DNA of 64,000 nucleotides from an uncultured Ruminococcus sp. (GTDB taxonomy: Bacteria; Bacillota; Clostridia; Oscillospirales; CAG-272), in contig CAZTWE010000001.1 in assembly GCA_964617165.1 (NCBI GenBank), forward strand, positions 6,510 through 70,509, written 5' to 3'. Shown here one piece after another: positions 1 through 9,168 of this stretch; position 1 is the first letter of the stretch, and each line of letters begins with the position of its first letter. The notes under the pieces are model-generated. The model made no database searches and was not told where the DNA came from. It was given only the letters and a program-made list of their open reading frames with translations. A program made the position numbers and the translations under genes.

Positions 1-380
1 GAAAACTCTACACGCTTGTGGGGATACTGATGCAAAACATGGCATATCAGCCCATCTCTCGGCATGCCGAGCTGATAAATAAGGTCAGGGAGCTGATAGA
101 GGAAACCCCGGAGCTTACCGTGAGCGATATAGCAAAGCGATGCGCTGTCTGCGAATCCGCATTGTATACTTTATTTAAAAATCACTCGGACAAAAGCATC
201 GGTGAAACAAAGCGCGAAATTATAATGGAAAAAGCAAAAAGCTTGCTCCTCTCCTGCGATTATCCGATAGAGCAGCTCAGCAGAACTCTCGGCTTCAGCT
301 CAGGAGCGTATTTCAGAAAATGCTTCAAGGAGCATTTCGGCATTTCCCCACGCGAAATGAGAAAAAATCTCAGTATCTGA
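1..380 (+). CDS. AraC/XylS-family transcriptional regulator, C-terminal HTH part (N-terminus probably outside the window)
   Basis: ORF 18..380. The frame stays open back to nt 3, so the GTG at 18 is probably not the true start. AraC double-HTH signature: TVSDIAKRCAVCESALYTLFK and LGFSSGAYFRKCFKEHFGISPREMR. Confidence 0.8.
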   Translation, partial: KLYTLVGILMQNMAYQPISRHAELINKVRELIEETPELTVSDIAKRCAVCESALYTLFKNHSDKSIGETKREIIMEKAKSLLLSCDYPIEQLSRTLGFSSGAYFRKCFKEHFGISPREMRKNLSI

Positions 381-419
381 ATTTTTAAAAATATCGCTGT
401 ATTCAGCTATACCAAGGCA

Positions 420-1169
420 TCACAAAACGGTCAGAGACGGAAACATATCCTTGTATTTCAATAATCCGTCACTATCGGATATCGCTATATCCACCTCGGC
501 TATGGAGCACTGCTTATATACCGAGAGCTTATCTATCTTACTTCCGTCACACAGGAATATCTTTTGTGCGGCGTTATTCAGCATAGCACAGCGCACGAAG
601 ATCTCCTCCTCCGTGCAATCGGTGATTACACCGTCGGCAGATAGGGCATTCGCTGAGAAAAACGCGTGGTCCGCGTAGATTTCGGTAAATGCCCTTTGCG
701 CGTTATTGCCTATAAGGCAATTCCTGTTTTTTCGGCTTATCACCCCTCCTGTGGAATGAACGGCTATATTGGTATGCGAAAGCAGGCTGAGTATCTCTAT
801 ATTGTTGCTGACGACCGTAAGATTGCTGTAATTCATCAGGGAAAGCGCAAGAAAATACGAGGTTGAGGACTGATCGAGAAAAACTACGTCTCCCTCATTT
901 ATCAGCGTTACCGCCTTTTGTGATATTACACGTTTTTCATCAACCGCTCGGTAGCTTCTTGCCCGGAACGGCAGAACGCTTTCTGCACCTCCTACGGCAC
1001 AGGCTCCGCCCCACTCACGCTTGACAAGCCCCTCGTTCTCCATTTGTGCAAGATCGCGACGTATGCTTGACTCGCTTGTGTAAAGAAGCTCTCCAAGCTC
1101 GCTAACGCTCGCAAACGTGCGCTCGCTGAGTATTTTATAGATCTGATGCTGACGTTCGTTTTTAAACAT
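420..1169 (-). CDS. DeoR/GlpR-family transcriptional repressor
   Basis: N-terminal wHTH (RQHQIYKILSERTFASVSELGELLYTSESSIRRDLAQMENEGLVKR) plus a DeoR-type C-terminal effector domain. Start moved to ATG 1169 (MFKNERQ) because AAGGAG lies 6 nt upstream; the track start at 1220 has no RBS. Confidence 0.85.
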   Translation of the reverse strand: MFKNERQHQIYKILSERTFASVSELGELLYTSESSIRRDLAQMENEGLVKREWGGACAVGGAESVLPFRARSYRAVDEKRVISQKAVTLINEGDVVFLDQSSTSYFLALSLMNYSNLTVVSNNIEILSLLSHTNIAVHSTGGVISRKNRNCLIGNNAQRAFTEIYADHAFFSANALSADGVITDCTEEEIFVRCAMLNNAAQKIFLCDGSKIDKLSVYKQCSIAEVDIAISDSDGLLKYKDMFPSLTVL

Positions 1170-1254
1170 ATTTTGCTCCTTTTGCGCACTATCGGATAAA
1201 TAAGCATTTATTTTGCTCAAATTATCAAAAATTGCGCATTGTTTATGAAAGATA

Positions 1255-1283
1255 TTGACTGATTTGTTTTTCTATAGTATACT
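1255..1283 (+). promoter_or_regulatory. sigmaA-type promoter of the G1PDH-like/HAD operon
   Basis: TTGACT (1255-1260), 17-nt spacer, TATACT (1278-1283), about 30 nt upstream of the ATG at 1313. Confidence 0.55.
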
Positions 1284-1312
1284 ACAAATAAAAAAAGGAG
1301 TCAAGATACATT

Positions 1313-2578
1313 ATGGACATAAACGAACTTCTCCGCGGCATCAGCTGTAGCTGCGGCAAGCATCACACGTGTGCTATCAAGCAAGTATGGATTGGAGACG
1401 GTGCTATTGCACACCTTACAGATCTTACCTCGGAATACCGAAAGATCCTGATCGTTGCGGATGAAAACACCTACCGCGCCGCAGGAGAGGAAACCGAGAG
1501 ATATCTTTCCGATAAGGACGTTACAAGGCTGATATTCCCCGGTGACACAGTACTTGTTCCGAACGAGGCGGCGATCGCGGCAACCGAAGCGACTCTCGGC
1601 TCATCGGAGCTCATTATCGGTATCGGCTCCGGTGTTATTCAGGATCTTTGCAAATACGTATCTCATTTTTCACACGTTCCCTATTTTGTGATTGCGACAG
1701 CTCCCTCAATGGACGGCTACGCCTCCTCCGGTGCCGCAATGATTACCGACGGAATGAAGGTTACGTACTCCGCGGGCGTACCCGAAGCTATTCTTGCCGA
1801 TACGAACGTGCTGAAAGATGCACCGCTTGAGATGATAAAGGCAGGCTATGGAGATATAATAGGTAAATACTCCGCTCTCAACGACTGGCGGCTCGGTCAT
1901 ATAGTGAACGGTGAGTATTTCTGCGATTACATATACACACTTACTTACGACATGGTAAAAAATGTGCTTCCGCTTGCAAAGAAGCTGCTCGCACGCGACA
2001 AGGAAAGTGTAAAAACGCTCATGGAAGCACTCATATTCGTAGGCATAGCCATGAGCTTCGCAGGCAATTCGCGCCCCGCCTCGGGCAGTGAGCATCACCT
2101 CTCACACTTCTTTGAGATAACGGGAATAATAGACAAAGAGGATTATTTCCCACACGGTATAGACGTTGTATACTCAACCGCTATAACCTGTAAAATAAGG
2201 GAAATTATCGCGGCCAGCACTTTCCCGAAGGAGCAATTTACAATGGATGAGCAAACGTATGCGAAAGAGATGACGAGAGTTTACAAATCGGTGGCAGACG
2301 GATGCATGCAGCTACAGAAAAAGCTCGGAACCTACAGTGCATGCAGAACGGATATCTACCTTGCCAAGGAAGAGGAGATAAAAGCTGTGCTGAGAGATGC
2401 CCCTACCTCCCACGAGATACTTGATATTCTCGGTGATATCGGGCTTGATATAAACGAATTTTACAGCATGTACTCCGAGAGTAAGCTGTCTGATGCTATT
2501 CGCTATGCAAAGGACCTCAAGGACAGATATACGGTGCTTTGGATGTATTACGACATGTTCGGCACAAAGGAGATATGA
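1313..2578 (+). CDS. sn-glycerol-1-phosphate dehydrogenase-like enzyme (AraM/EgsA type, iron-ADH/DHQS superfamily)
   Basis: Glycine-rich NAD(P) loop GIGSGVIQDLCKY, PSMDGYASSG, metal-ligand cluster ASGSEHHLSHF. Length (421 aa) and motif spacing resemble AraM-type G1PDH. Confidence 0.7.
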   Translation: MDINELLRGISCSCGKHHTCAIKQVWIGDGAIAHLTDLTSEYRKILIVADENTYRAAGEETERYLSDKDVTRLIFPGDTVLVPNEAAIAATEATLGSSELIIGIGSGVIQDLCKYVSHFSHVPYFVIATAPSMDGYASSGAAMITDGMKVTYSAGVPEAILADTNVLKDAPLEMIKAGYGDIIGKYSALNDWRLGHIVNGEYFCDYIYTLTYDMVKNVLPLAKKLLARDKESVKTLMEALIFVGIAMSFAGNSRPASGSEHHLSHFFEITGIIDKEDYFPHGIDVVYSTAITCKIREIIAASTFPKEQFTMDEQTYAKEMTRVYKSVADGCMQLQKKLGTYSACRTDIYLAKEEEIKAVLRDAPTSHEILDILGDIGLDINEFYSMYSESKLSDAIRYAKDLKDRYTVLWMYYDMFGTKEI

Positions 2579-2579
2579 G

Positions 2580-3296
2580 ATGAATAATATAAAGCTTATA
2601 GCCATGGATCTTGACGGTACGCTCACGCAGCACAAAACACCGCTTTCCGAGGAACACAGGGCGATACTCGAACACCTTTCCGAAAAATACAAGCTTCTCA
2701 TGGTCGGTGCCGGAATGTGCAGAAGAATATTCAATCAAATGAATAAGTTCCCGATAGACATTCTCGGCAATTACGGAATGCAGTACGCTGAATACGATCC
2801 CGATATAGACGACATAAAAATCGTTTTTGACGAGGTACGTGAATGCGACAAGGAAAGCATTGAGGCTCGCGTTACCGCTGTGCGTGAAAAATACGGATAT
2901 ACGGAGTTTTCGGGAAATAACGTTGAGTATCACAGCTCGGGTTGTGTTACTCTGCCGCTTCTCGGAACGGCTGCAAAGCAGGAGGACAAGCTTGCATTCG
3001 ACCCCGACAGAAAGAAAAGGCGCGCGTTTTACGAGGACGTTAAATCCACATTCAGCGATTACAACGTTTTTGTCGGAGGCTCTTCATCCTTTGATATGGC
3101 TCCCTCGCCCTTTGATAAAAGATACGCGCTTGAAAAATACTGCGATGAGCGCGGTATAACATACAGCGAGGTCGTTTACATCGGAGACGATTACGGTGAG
3201 GGCGGAAATGACGAAAGTGTATACAAGTCCGATTTCAATTATCTTACGATCGATGATTACCGAGATTTCCCCAAGGTAGTGAAAGATCTGCTTTAA
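2580..3296 (+). CDS. HAD-IIB family sugar-phosphate phosphatase
   Basis: HAD motif I MDLDGTLT directly after ATG 2580, which lies 2 nt past the upstream stop at 2576-2578. Motif IV is YIGDDYGEGGNDE. The track start at 2493 overlaps the upstream gene and is rejected. Confidence 0.8.
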   Translation: MNNIKLIAMDLDGTLTQHKTPLSEEHRAILEHLSEKYKLLMVGAGMCRRIFNQMNKFPIDILGNYGMQYAEYDPDIDDIKIVFDEVRECDKESIEARVTAVREKYGYTEFSGNNVEYHSSGCVTLPLLGTAAKQEDKLAFDPDRKKRRAFYEDVKSTFSDYNVFVGGSSSFDMAPSPFDKRYALEKYCDERGITYSEVVYIGDDYGEGGNDESVYKSDFNYLTIDDYRDFPKVVKDLL

Positions 3297-3302
3297 ATAA
3301 AA

Positions 3303-3332
3303 CGAGGCATCGGGATAGCTCCCTTTGCCTCG
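3303..3332. terminator. bidirectional hairpin between convergent genes
   Basis: CGAGGCA (3303-3309) pairs with TGCCTCG (3326-3332), followed by AATTTTA. It sits between the HAD gene (+) and the AraC gene (-). Confidence 0.45.
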
Positions 3333-3336
3333 AATT

Positions 3337-4161
3337 TTAATTTGTGACGTTTTGCTTGTATTTTAGCGGAGTAATTCCGAAAAACGAGCGAAACGTTGCT
3401 ATGTAATTTGAGTAATCGGAAAATCCGCTTCGCTCACACGCCTCGGAAACCGAAGCGCCCTCTCGCAAAAGACGGGCTGAATGAAGCAGTCGCTTTTTGC
3501 GGAGCATGGCAAACGGACTCAACGAGAAATATTTTTTGAAGTGCCGCTCCAAGGTGTTTATGCTTACGAACGAGCACTTTGCAAGCTGATTTGTATCTAT
3601 CGGCTCGGCAATATGCTCATCCATATATTTCAGTGCATACAGCACGTCCCTGGGTAGCAGCGTTGCCGAGAGGCTCTCCGAGGTGGAAGCATGACTTGAA
3701 AGCAGCTCAACCGCTCGCAGCAATGCTATCTGACCGTTAAGAGCCGACGTGTCGTGAGAAAGCAAAGTATCAAGAAATCCCGACAGCTCCGTAAGTTCAT
3801 TCTCCGAGAGGCGTATCAAATTGCCGTCCTCATCCCTGTTTTCAAAAAGATGCTCGATGATAGCGTCATTCTGACCGCCGATCAGTACCCAATAATGCCT
3901 ATGCAGACAATCGCTACGGTAGATGCAATGATGATATTCATAAGGGCGTGTTATTATAACACTTCCGCGAGTTATGTTGTATATTCTGTTTTCAACCTCA
4001 AAATCCACGTCTCCGCTGAGATTAACGTATATCTCACATTCTCCGTGAATATGCGTTTCATTTTGGTTTTCGGGAGAGCTGCGCTCTATCTCAACGTAGT
4101 TTACGAAAACATCGGTCTCTCCCACCGCTGAGAGCTGCACCGTATTACTCTTTTTTTTCAT
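3337..4161 (-). CDS. AraC-family transcriptional regulator (cupin sensor + HTH)
   Basis: N-terminal cupin-like region (HIHGECEIYVNLSGDVDFEV) and C-terminal AraC HTH (SGFSDYSNYIATFRSFFGITPLKYK). Confidence 0.85.
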   Translation of the reverse strand: MKKKSNTVQLSAVGETDVFVNYVEIERSSPENQNETHIHGECEIYVNLSGDVDFEVENRIYNITRGSVIITRPYEYHHCIYRSDCLHRHYWVLIGGQNDAIIEHLFENRDEDGNLIRLSENELTELSGFLDTLLSHDTSALNGQIALLRAVELLSSHASTSESLSATLLPRDVLYALKYMDEHIAEPIDTNQLAKCSFVSINTLERHFKKYFSLSPFAMLRKKRLLHSARLLREGASVSEACERSGFSDYSNYIATFRSFFGITPLKYKQNVTN

Positions 4162-4277
4162 AGGCTGCCCCTTTTTGTCTTTTTGATGATTTTAACATAT
4201 TTTTTGGTGAATTGTCAATGGAAATACCGAAATAAATATGATAAACTATATATAGATAAAATGAACGAGGTATTCCA

Positions 4278-5147
4278 ATGGAAAATTATTTGCTTATAAT
4301 AGGCGCAACGGTGCTCCTTGCACTTGATTTTGCGCTCTCAAAAAAGTATCAGTCAAAGGTTGGAACCACAGCCAAGGCGGGCCTTTTCTTCAACGCGGCA
4401 AACGGCTTGCTCACCGCAATCGTGTTCTTTGCCATAAGCGGCTTTAAGTTCACCTTTACGCCTTATTCCGCAATCATGGCGGCGCTTATGTCCTGCTTTG
4501 CAATGTGCTACTCCATAATCGGCTTCAAGGTTCTGAAAATGGGAAGCATGTCGCTTTACACCGTATTTCTCATGACGGGTGGAATGATCCTGCCCTACAT
4601 ATACGGAACTATACTGCTCGACGAGGAATTTTCAATACTCAGGCTGATAGGACTTATAATGATATTCGGTGCTATAATTCTCTCCAATGCCGGAAAAACC
4701 AAGGCAACGAAGTGGCTCGTGCTCTTGTGTGTAGCAGTATTCGTACTCAACGGTCTTGTAAGTATCGTTTCAAAGCAGCATCAGATCGAAAGCACGTATG
4801 CTACCGTAAGTGCCTCCGAGTTCGTTATGTGGTCGGGTATTACCAAGCTTATCATAAGCGGTATCGGCTTCCTCTTCGTAATGAAAGATAAAAGCTCCGT
4901 TACAGAGGGTGAGCTCGTTCGCGCGCTGCCTATAGTTGCCATATCTGCGGTTATCGGTGGAGTGTCCTATCTGCTTCAGCTGATAGGCGCTGCCGAGCTC
5001 CCCGCAACTATGCTCTACCCTTGCGTAACGGGTGGAAGCATTATCTTCTCAAGCCTTGCGGGACTTATCTTCTTCAAGGAGAAGATAAGCGTTAAGCAAT
5101 GGTGTGCCGTCGCGCTTTGCTTCGTAGGCACGTGTATGTTCATCTGA
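4278..5147 (+). CDS. DMT/EamA-like multi-pass membrane transporter (probable sugar uptake)
   Basis: 289 aa, almost entirely hydrophobic helices in two similar halves. Divergent from the AraC gene and immediately upstream of GH36. Confidence 0.55.
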   Translation: MENYLLIIGATVLLALDFALSKKYQSKVGTTAKAGLFFNAANGLLTAIVFFAISGFKFTFTPYSAIMAALMSCFAMCYSIIGFKVLKMGSMSLYTVFLMTGGMILPYIYGTILLDEEFSILRLIGLIMIFGAIILSNAGKTKATKWLVLLCVAVFVLNGLVSIVSKQHQIESTYATVSASEFVMWSGITKLIISGIGFLFVMKDKSSVTEGELVRALPIVAISAVIGGVSYLLQLIGAAELPATMLYPCVTGGSIIFSSLAGLIFFKEKISVKQWCAVALCFVGTCMFI

Positions 5148-5183
5148 TAAGTAAATCCATTTGATAAACAAAGGAGAGCTTCT

Positions 5184-7142
5184 ATGAATTTTTTGAAGAA
5201 TAACACAAGATTTTCCCTGGCACTCGGCGGGGTGCCGCTCTCAGAGCAGAAATATACCGTTGAGCATAAAGAAAACGGATGCGAGCTTACCGCCGTGTAC
5301 ACATTTGATTGTGGATTAAAGATTACAAATATCGCTAAAAAATATGAGGGCTTCGATGCATACGAGTGGGTCAGCTGGCTCGAAAACACGTCGAAAGAAA
5401 GTACGGAGATAATATCCGAGCTTTGCGACGGTGATTTTGAGCTTGCTCTCGGAGAGATCAAGCAGAAGGTACGCAGCCCATGGATACCCGATCCCGACGA
5501 GCTTTTGAAGATATACAATCCCTGCGGCTCAAACTGGTCGAAAAATGAATTCTCCTCTTTCCCCGAAGAGCTTGCGGGTGACAGATTTGTAAACTGCATC
5601 CGTGCAGGCGAGGAAAGAAGCTTCCGCGCGGCAGGCGGCAGAAGCTCAGGCGGTGTCAATGCCCCCTTCTTCAATATACATAACAACGGTGTCGGTGCAG
5701 TTGTGGCAATCGGCTGGACGGGTCAGTGGAACTGCAAAATACAGGCAAAATGCGACACGGTACGGGTGCAAACCAAAATTGAGGACACACACTTTGTACT
5801 TCTCCCCGGAGAGAAAATAAGAACCTCATCGGTGGTTGTAATGAACTATACGGGAGATTTCTTTGACGGTCAGAACAAGTGGAGACGGCTTGTAAAGGAA
5901 GAATTTTCCGTTATTACGAAGCGCGGCGGCAAGGGACCGTTCTGCGCCGGTATATGGGGAGGAATGACCTCGGATCGCGTAATAGAGAGAGTTGACATAC
6001 TGAGCGAGAACGGTATCCCTGTAGAATATATATGGATGGATGCCGGATGGTACGGTGAGACGACTCAGCCTACTCTCAGTGAATATGAGGGAGACTGGGC
6101 TGAGCATACGGGTGATTGGACTGTCAGCCCACATATACACCCTCTCGGAATGAAGGATATAACGGCACGCATACGGGAAGTCGGAAAGAAATTTATACTT
6201 TGGTTTGAGCCTGAGAGGATAAGAAAAAACGCTCCCATTGTCAAGGAGCATCCTGAATATCTTATCGCACTGGAAAATACAAACAACGTTCTTTTAAATC
6301 TCGGAAACGAGGAAGCCTTTGATTACATACACGGTCTGCTCTCTTCCTACATAAGAGAGATCGGTATCAACTGCTATAGGCAGGACTTTAATTTTGAGCC
6401 GCTTCCCTATTGGAGATCGGCTGACAGCGACACACGCCGCGGAATTACCGAAATAAAGCACATCATGGGGCTTTACCGCCTTTGGGATGCGCTGCTTGAG
6501 GAATTCCCCGAGCTTATCATAGACAACTGTGCAAGCGGCGGCAGACGCCTTGATATTGAGACCTTGAAGCGCAGCCTACCGCTTTGGAGAAGCGATGCTC
6601 AATGCCCTGCTAACCCAATTCCCGAGATGACGCAGATGCATACGATGAACTTCGCTCTGTGGATGCCCTATCATGGAAGCGGCAGCGGCAGAGTGTACGA
6701 TACGTACAGATTCAGGAGCGCATTCTCCCCCTCAATGACAACGAACTATACCTTCTCCGCATCCGATACGTTCGGTGATGACAAGGAGAAGCTTGAATGG
6801 TTCAGAAAAATGGGTGAGGAATATCTCAGCGTAAGGCAATATTTCTCATGCGACGTTTATCACCTCTGTGTTCCTGACGTAAGCGTGGGCTCATGGAATG
6901 CCGCTCAGTGGAACCGCCCCGAGCAAAAGGACGGCATGATACAAATTTTCAAGCACTCCAGCTCACCCTTTAACACTGCAAGCTTCAAGCTGAGAGGCAT
7001 AGACCCCGAAAAGAACTATCTCATACGTGATATTGACGGCGGTGAGCGTACGGTTAGCGGTCAGGTGCTTTGTACCGAGGGCTTGACAGTTACTCTCACA
7101 GAGGGAAATACCGCAAAGATATATATCTATAAACAGATATGA
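5184..7142 (+). CDS. glycoside hydrolase family 36 (alpha-galactosidase-like)
   Basis: GH36-type motifs: YIWMDAGWY, INCYRQDFN, IIDNCASGGRRLD (CxxGGxR nucleophile region), WRSDAQ. Confidence 0.8.
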   Translation: MNFLKNNTRFSLALGGVPLSEQKYTVEHKENGCELTAVYTFDCGLKITNIAKKYEGFDAYEWVSWLENTSKESTEIISELCDGDFELALGEIKQKVRSPWIPDPDELLKIYNPCGSNWSKNEFSSFPEELAGDRFVNCIRAGEERSFRAAGGRSSGGVNAPFFNIHNNGVGAVVAIGWTGQWNCKIQAKCDTVRVQTKIEDTHFVLLPGEKIRTSSVVVMNYTGDFFDGQNKWRRLVKEEFSVITKRGGKGPFCAGIWGGMTSDRVIERVDILSENGIPVEYIWMDAGWYGETTQPTLSEYEGDWAEHTGDWTVSPHIHPLGMKDITARIREVGKKFILWFEPERIRKNAPIVKEHPEYLIALENTNNVLLNLGNEEAFDYIHGLLSSYIREIGINCYRQDFNFEPLPYWRSADSDTRRGITEIKHIMGLYRLWDALLEEFPELIIDNCASGGRRLDIETLKRSLPLWRSDAQCPANPIPEMTQMHTMNFALWMPYHGSGSGRVYDTYRFRSAFSPSMTTNYTFSASDTFGDDKEKLEWFRKMGEEYLSVRQYFSCDVYHLCVPDVSVGSWNAAQWNRPEQKDGMIQIFKHSSSPFNTASFKLRGIDPEKNYLIRDIDGGERTVSGQVLCTEGLTVTLTEGNTAKIYIYKQI

Positions 7143-7146
7143 TGCG

Positions 7147-7701
7147 CTACTTTTTATTCATTTTTCTCCAATCGGACGGAGAAATGCCGAAATACGCTTT
7201 GAATGCCGTGCTGAAATAATATTCATTGTTATAGGAAAACGCCTCGCTTATTTCCTTAAATGAGGCGTTGCCCTCGGCAACAGCATCACCTATTTTCTTC
7301 ATGCGCACTCCCGTGATGTATTTTGCAAGGGATATCCCCTCGTAACGTACGAAAAGCCTTGACAGCTGCTTTGCACTGAGATGAACGTAGCTTGACACGT
7401 CAGAGACGGACAGTGACTCACCTATGTTATCCAAAATAAAGCTTTTTGCTAATGCCACCCTTTCATCAGGACTCTGCTCCTGCTCTGTGAGGGTGGCTTC
7501 TTCATATCCGCTGAGCCGAATAAGGCTGACTATTATCTCAAAAATACGGTTTTCTATGAGAACTGACGATATACTTTTTTGTGCTTTTGCTTCGGACAGA
7601 ACAAAGGCAATTCCCTCTTTTACGTTATCCGTTATACTCCCGAAGTATACCGAGTTCAAAGAAAGCTTGTCCGAGCTGAAGGTTATCGAATGTTTTTTCA
7701 T
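7147..7701 (-). CDS. short AraC-family HTH regulator
   Basis: C-terminal AraC HTH (LSVSDVSSYVHLSAKQLSRLFVRY ... FSYNNEYYFSTAFKAYFGISPSDWRK). Confidence 0.75.
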   Translation of the reverse strand: MKKHSITFSSDKLSLNSVYFGSITDNVKEGIAFVLSEAKAQKSISSVLIENRIFEIIVSLIRLSGYEEATLTEQEQSPDERVALAKSFILDNIGESLSVSDVSSYVHLSAKQLSRLFVRYEGISLAKYITGVRMKKIGDAVAEGNASFKEISEAFSYNNEYYFSTAFKAYFGISPSDWRKMNKK

Positions 7702-7747
7702 ATCCTCGGATGCCTTACCGGTGGTATGCTTGACCCTCGGCGGAATA

Positions 7748-9064
7748 ATGGCTAATTTCCACCCTTACTTATACTCATGGTTATGTAAAAATTACGATAA
7801 AGCCCCGGAGCGTGCCGGGTTTGTGCAGGCTGTTATAGGAAATTTCGGTTTTACCGAGGCAGGTATACCTTATCCGCTGACAGCTAAATACAATATGGGA
7901 CTTTGCGGTATCGACACGGACTATGAATTTTTTGTTGAAGCAGGCGTAAAGCGCAGCGCAACAAGGCTTGCCCGTGTCGGCAAGAGTGTGGGAACTACAG
8001 TAAATTATCTGCACCCCGACGATACCGCATACGCATTCTCCGGCAGATATCTTTGCTCGCCCTCTCTCGTAATTCATCCCGACGGATATATGCTCGCATC
8101 CATGGACCTTTTCGCCTTATCTCATCCGCAAAATCTGACTATGATATTCCGCTCGGATGACGGTGGGGAGAGCTGGCACTACGTGAGTGAGCTTATGCCC
8201 TGCTTCTGGGGAAAGCTCTTCATTCACAAGGGAGAAGTGTATATGCTTTCCTGCTCGACCGAATACGGAGACCTTTTGATAGGAAAATCAACCGACGGCG
8301 GCAAGACCTTCACCGCCCCCGTAACGCTGCTCTGCGGCTCAAACGGTAAAAACGGAAACAGCGGTATACATAAAAATCCGCAAAATATATTTATCCATAA
8401 CGGCAGAATATATGAGACTCTTGAATGGGGAGCATGGGCAAACAAGGAATTCGGTCACGCCGCCATGGTCATGTCCTGCGACGTAAACGACGATCTGCTC
8501 GTGCCGCAAAATTGGAGCTTTACCGAGCCTATGCCTTTCAGCTGCTTCGGTGAGGAGCTTTGCGGTCTTGCACCTACCACAATGCAGATAGAGGGTACCC
8601 TCGTCCTCTCACAGGACGGTAAGCTTATGAACGTAATGCGCTTCGGCAAACGAGGCTACGCTATATGCTATGAGGTAGATACTGAAAATCATGAAGCGCC
8701 TCTCAGATACAGTCGCTTAATGAAATTCCCTGCTAACTTTTCGAAATTCATGATAAAATACGACACCGTGAGCAAAAAATATTACTCTGTTGCCACAAGG
8801 CTGTATGACGGATGCATCGACAATGCAAGAAATCTTCTCTCGCTTATGGTCTCAAAGGATCTTGTCAGCTGGCAAAATCTTACCGACCTGCACGACTTTT
8901 GCGATGCAGACGTTAATAAGGTTGGCTTCCAATACGTTGATTTTGAGCTTGACGGTGAGGATATTATCTACCTGTGCCGAACAGCAATAAACGGTGCGCA
9001 TAACTACCATGATTCAAACTATTGCACGTTCCACAGAATAAAGAATTTCCGTGATATAAAATAG
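7748..9064 (+). CDS. BNR/Asp-box repeat protein, sialidase-like glycoside hydrolase
   Basis: Asp-box motifs SDDGGESW and STDGGKTF. Start set to ATG 7748 (MANFHPY); the 7424..7747 part of the ORF is antisense to the AraC gene. Confidence 0.6.
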   Translation: MANFHPYLYSWLCKNYDKAPERAGFVQAVIGNFGFTEAGIPYPLTAKYNMGLCGIDTDYEFFVEAGVKRSATRLARVGKSVGTTVNYLHPDDTAYAFSGRYLCSPSLVIHPDGYMLASMDLFALSHPQNLTMIFRSDDGGESWHYVSELMPCFWGKLFIHKGEVYMLSCSTEYGDLLIGKSTDGGKTFTAPVTLLCGSNGKNGNSGIHKNPQNIFIHNGRIYETLEWGAWANKEFGHAAMVMSCDVNDDLLVPQNWSFTEPMPFSCFGEELCGLAPTTMQIEGTLVLSQDGKLMNVMRFGKRGYAICYEVDTENHEAPLRYSRLMKFPANFSKFMIKYDTVSKKYYSVATRLYDGCIDNARNLLSLMVSKDLVSWQNLTDLHDFCDADVNKVGFQYVDFELDGEDIIYLCRTAINGAHNYHDSNYCTFHRIKNFRDIK

Positions 9065-9108
9065 TTTAAAAAACACTATAATTTCAAACTTAACTTTACA
9101 AATAATAC

Positions 9109-9158
9109 AAAAATCAAGCGAGGACACTGTACTTTGCAAATGTCCTCGCTTGATTTTT
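9109..9158. terminator. bidirectional rho-independent terminator
   Basis: Perfect 18-bp stem: AAAAATCAAGCGAGGACA (9109-9126) pairs with TGTCCTCGCTTGATTTTT (9141-9158). A/T runs lie on both sides. It sits between convergent genes. Confidence 0.8.
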
Positions 9159-9168
9159 GCTTGTAAAA

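Noticed and set aside
4151-4158. A8/T8 homopolymer directly after the AraC start codon, as a possible phase-variation switch.
   Set aside because: It simply encodes MKKK, a very common N-terminus in AT-biased Firmicute genes. A single tract is not evidence of variability without population data.
7424-7747. Long N-terminal extension of the BNR-protein ORF (track start 7424).
   Set aside because: This part is antisense to the AraC-like gene 7147..7701 and has low-complexity, atypical composition. ATG 7748 (MANFHPY) lies in the intergenic gap and gives a sensible protein.
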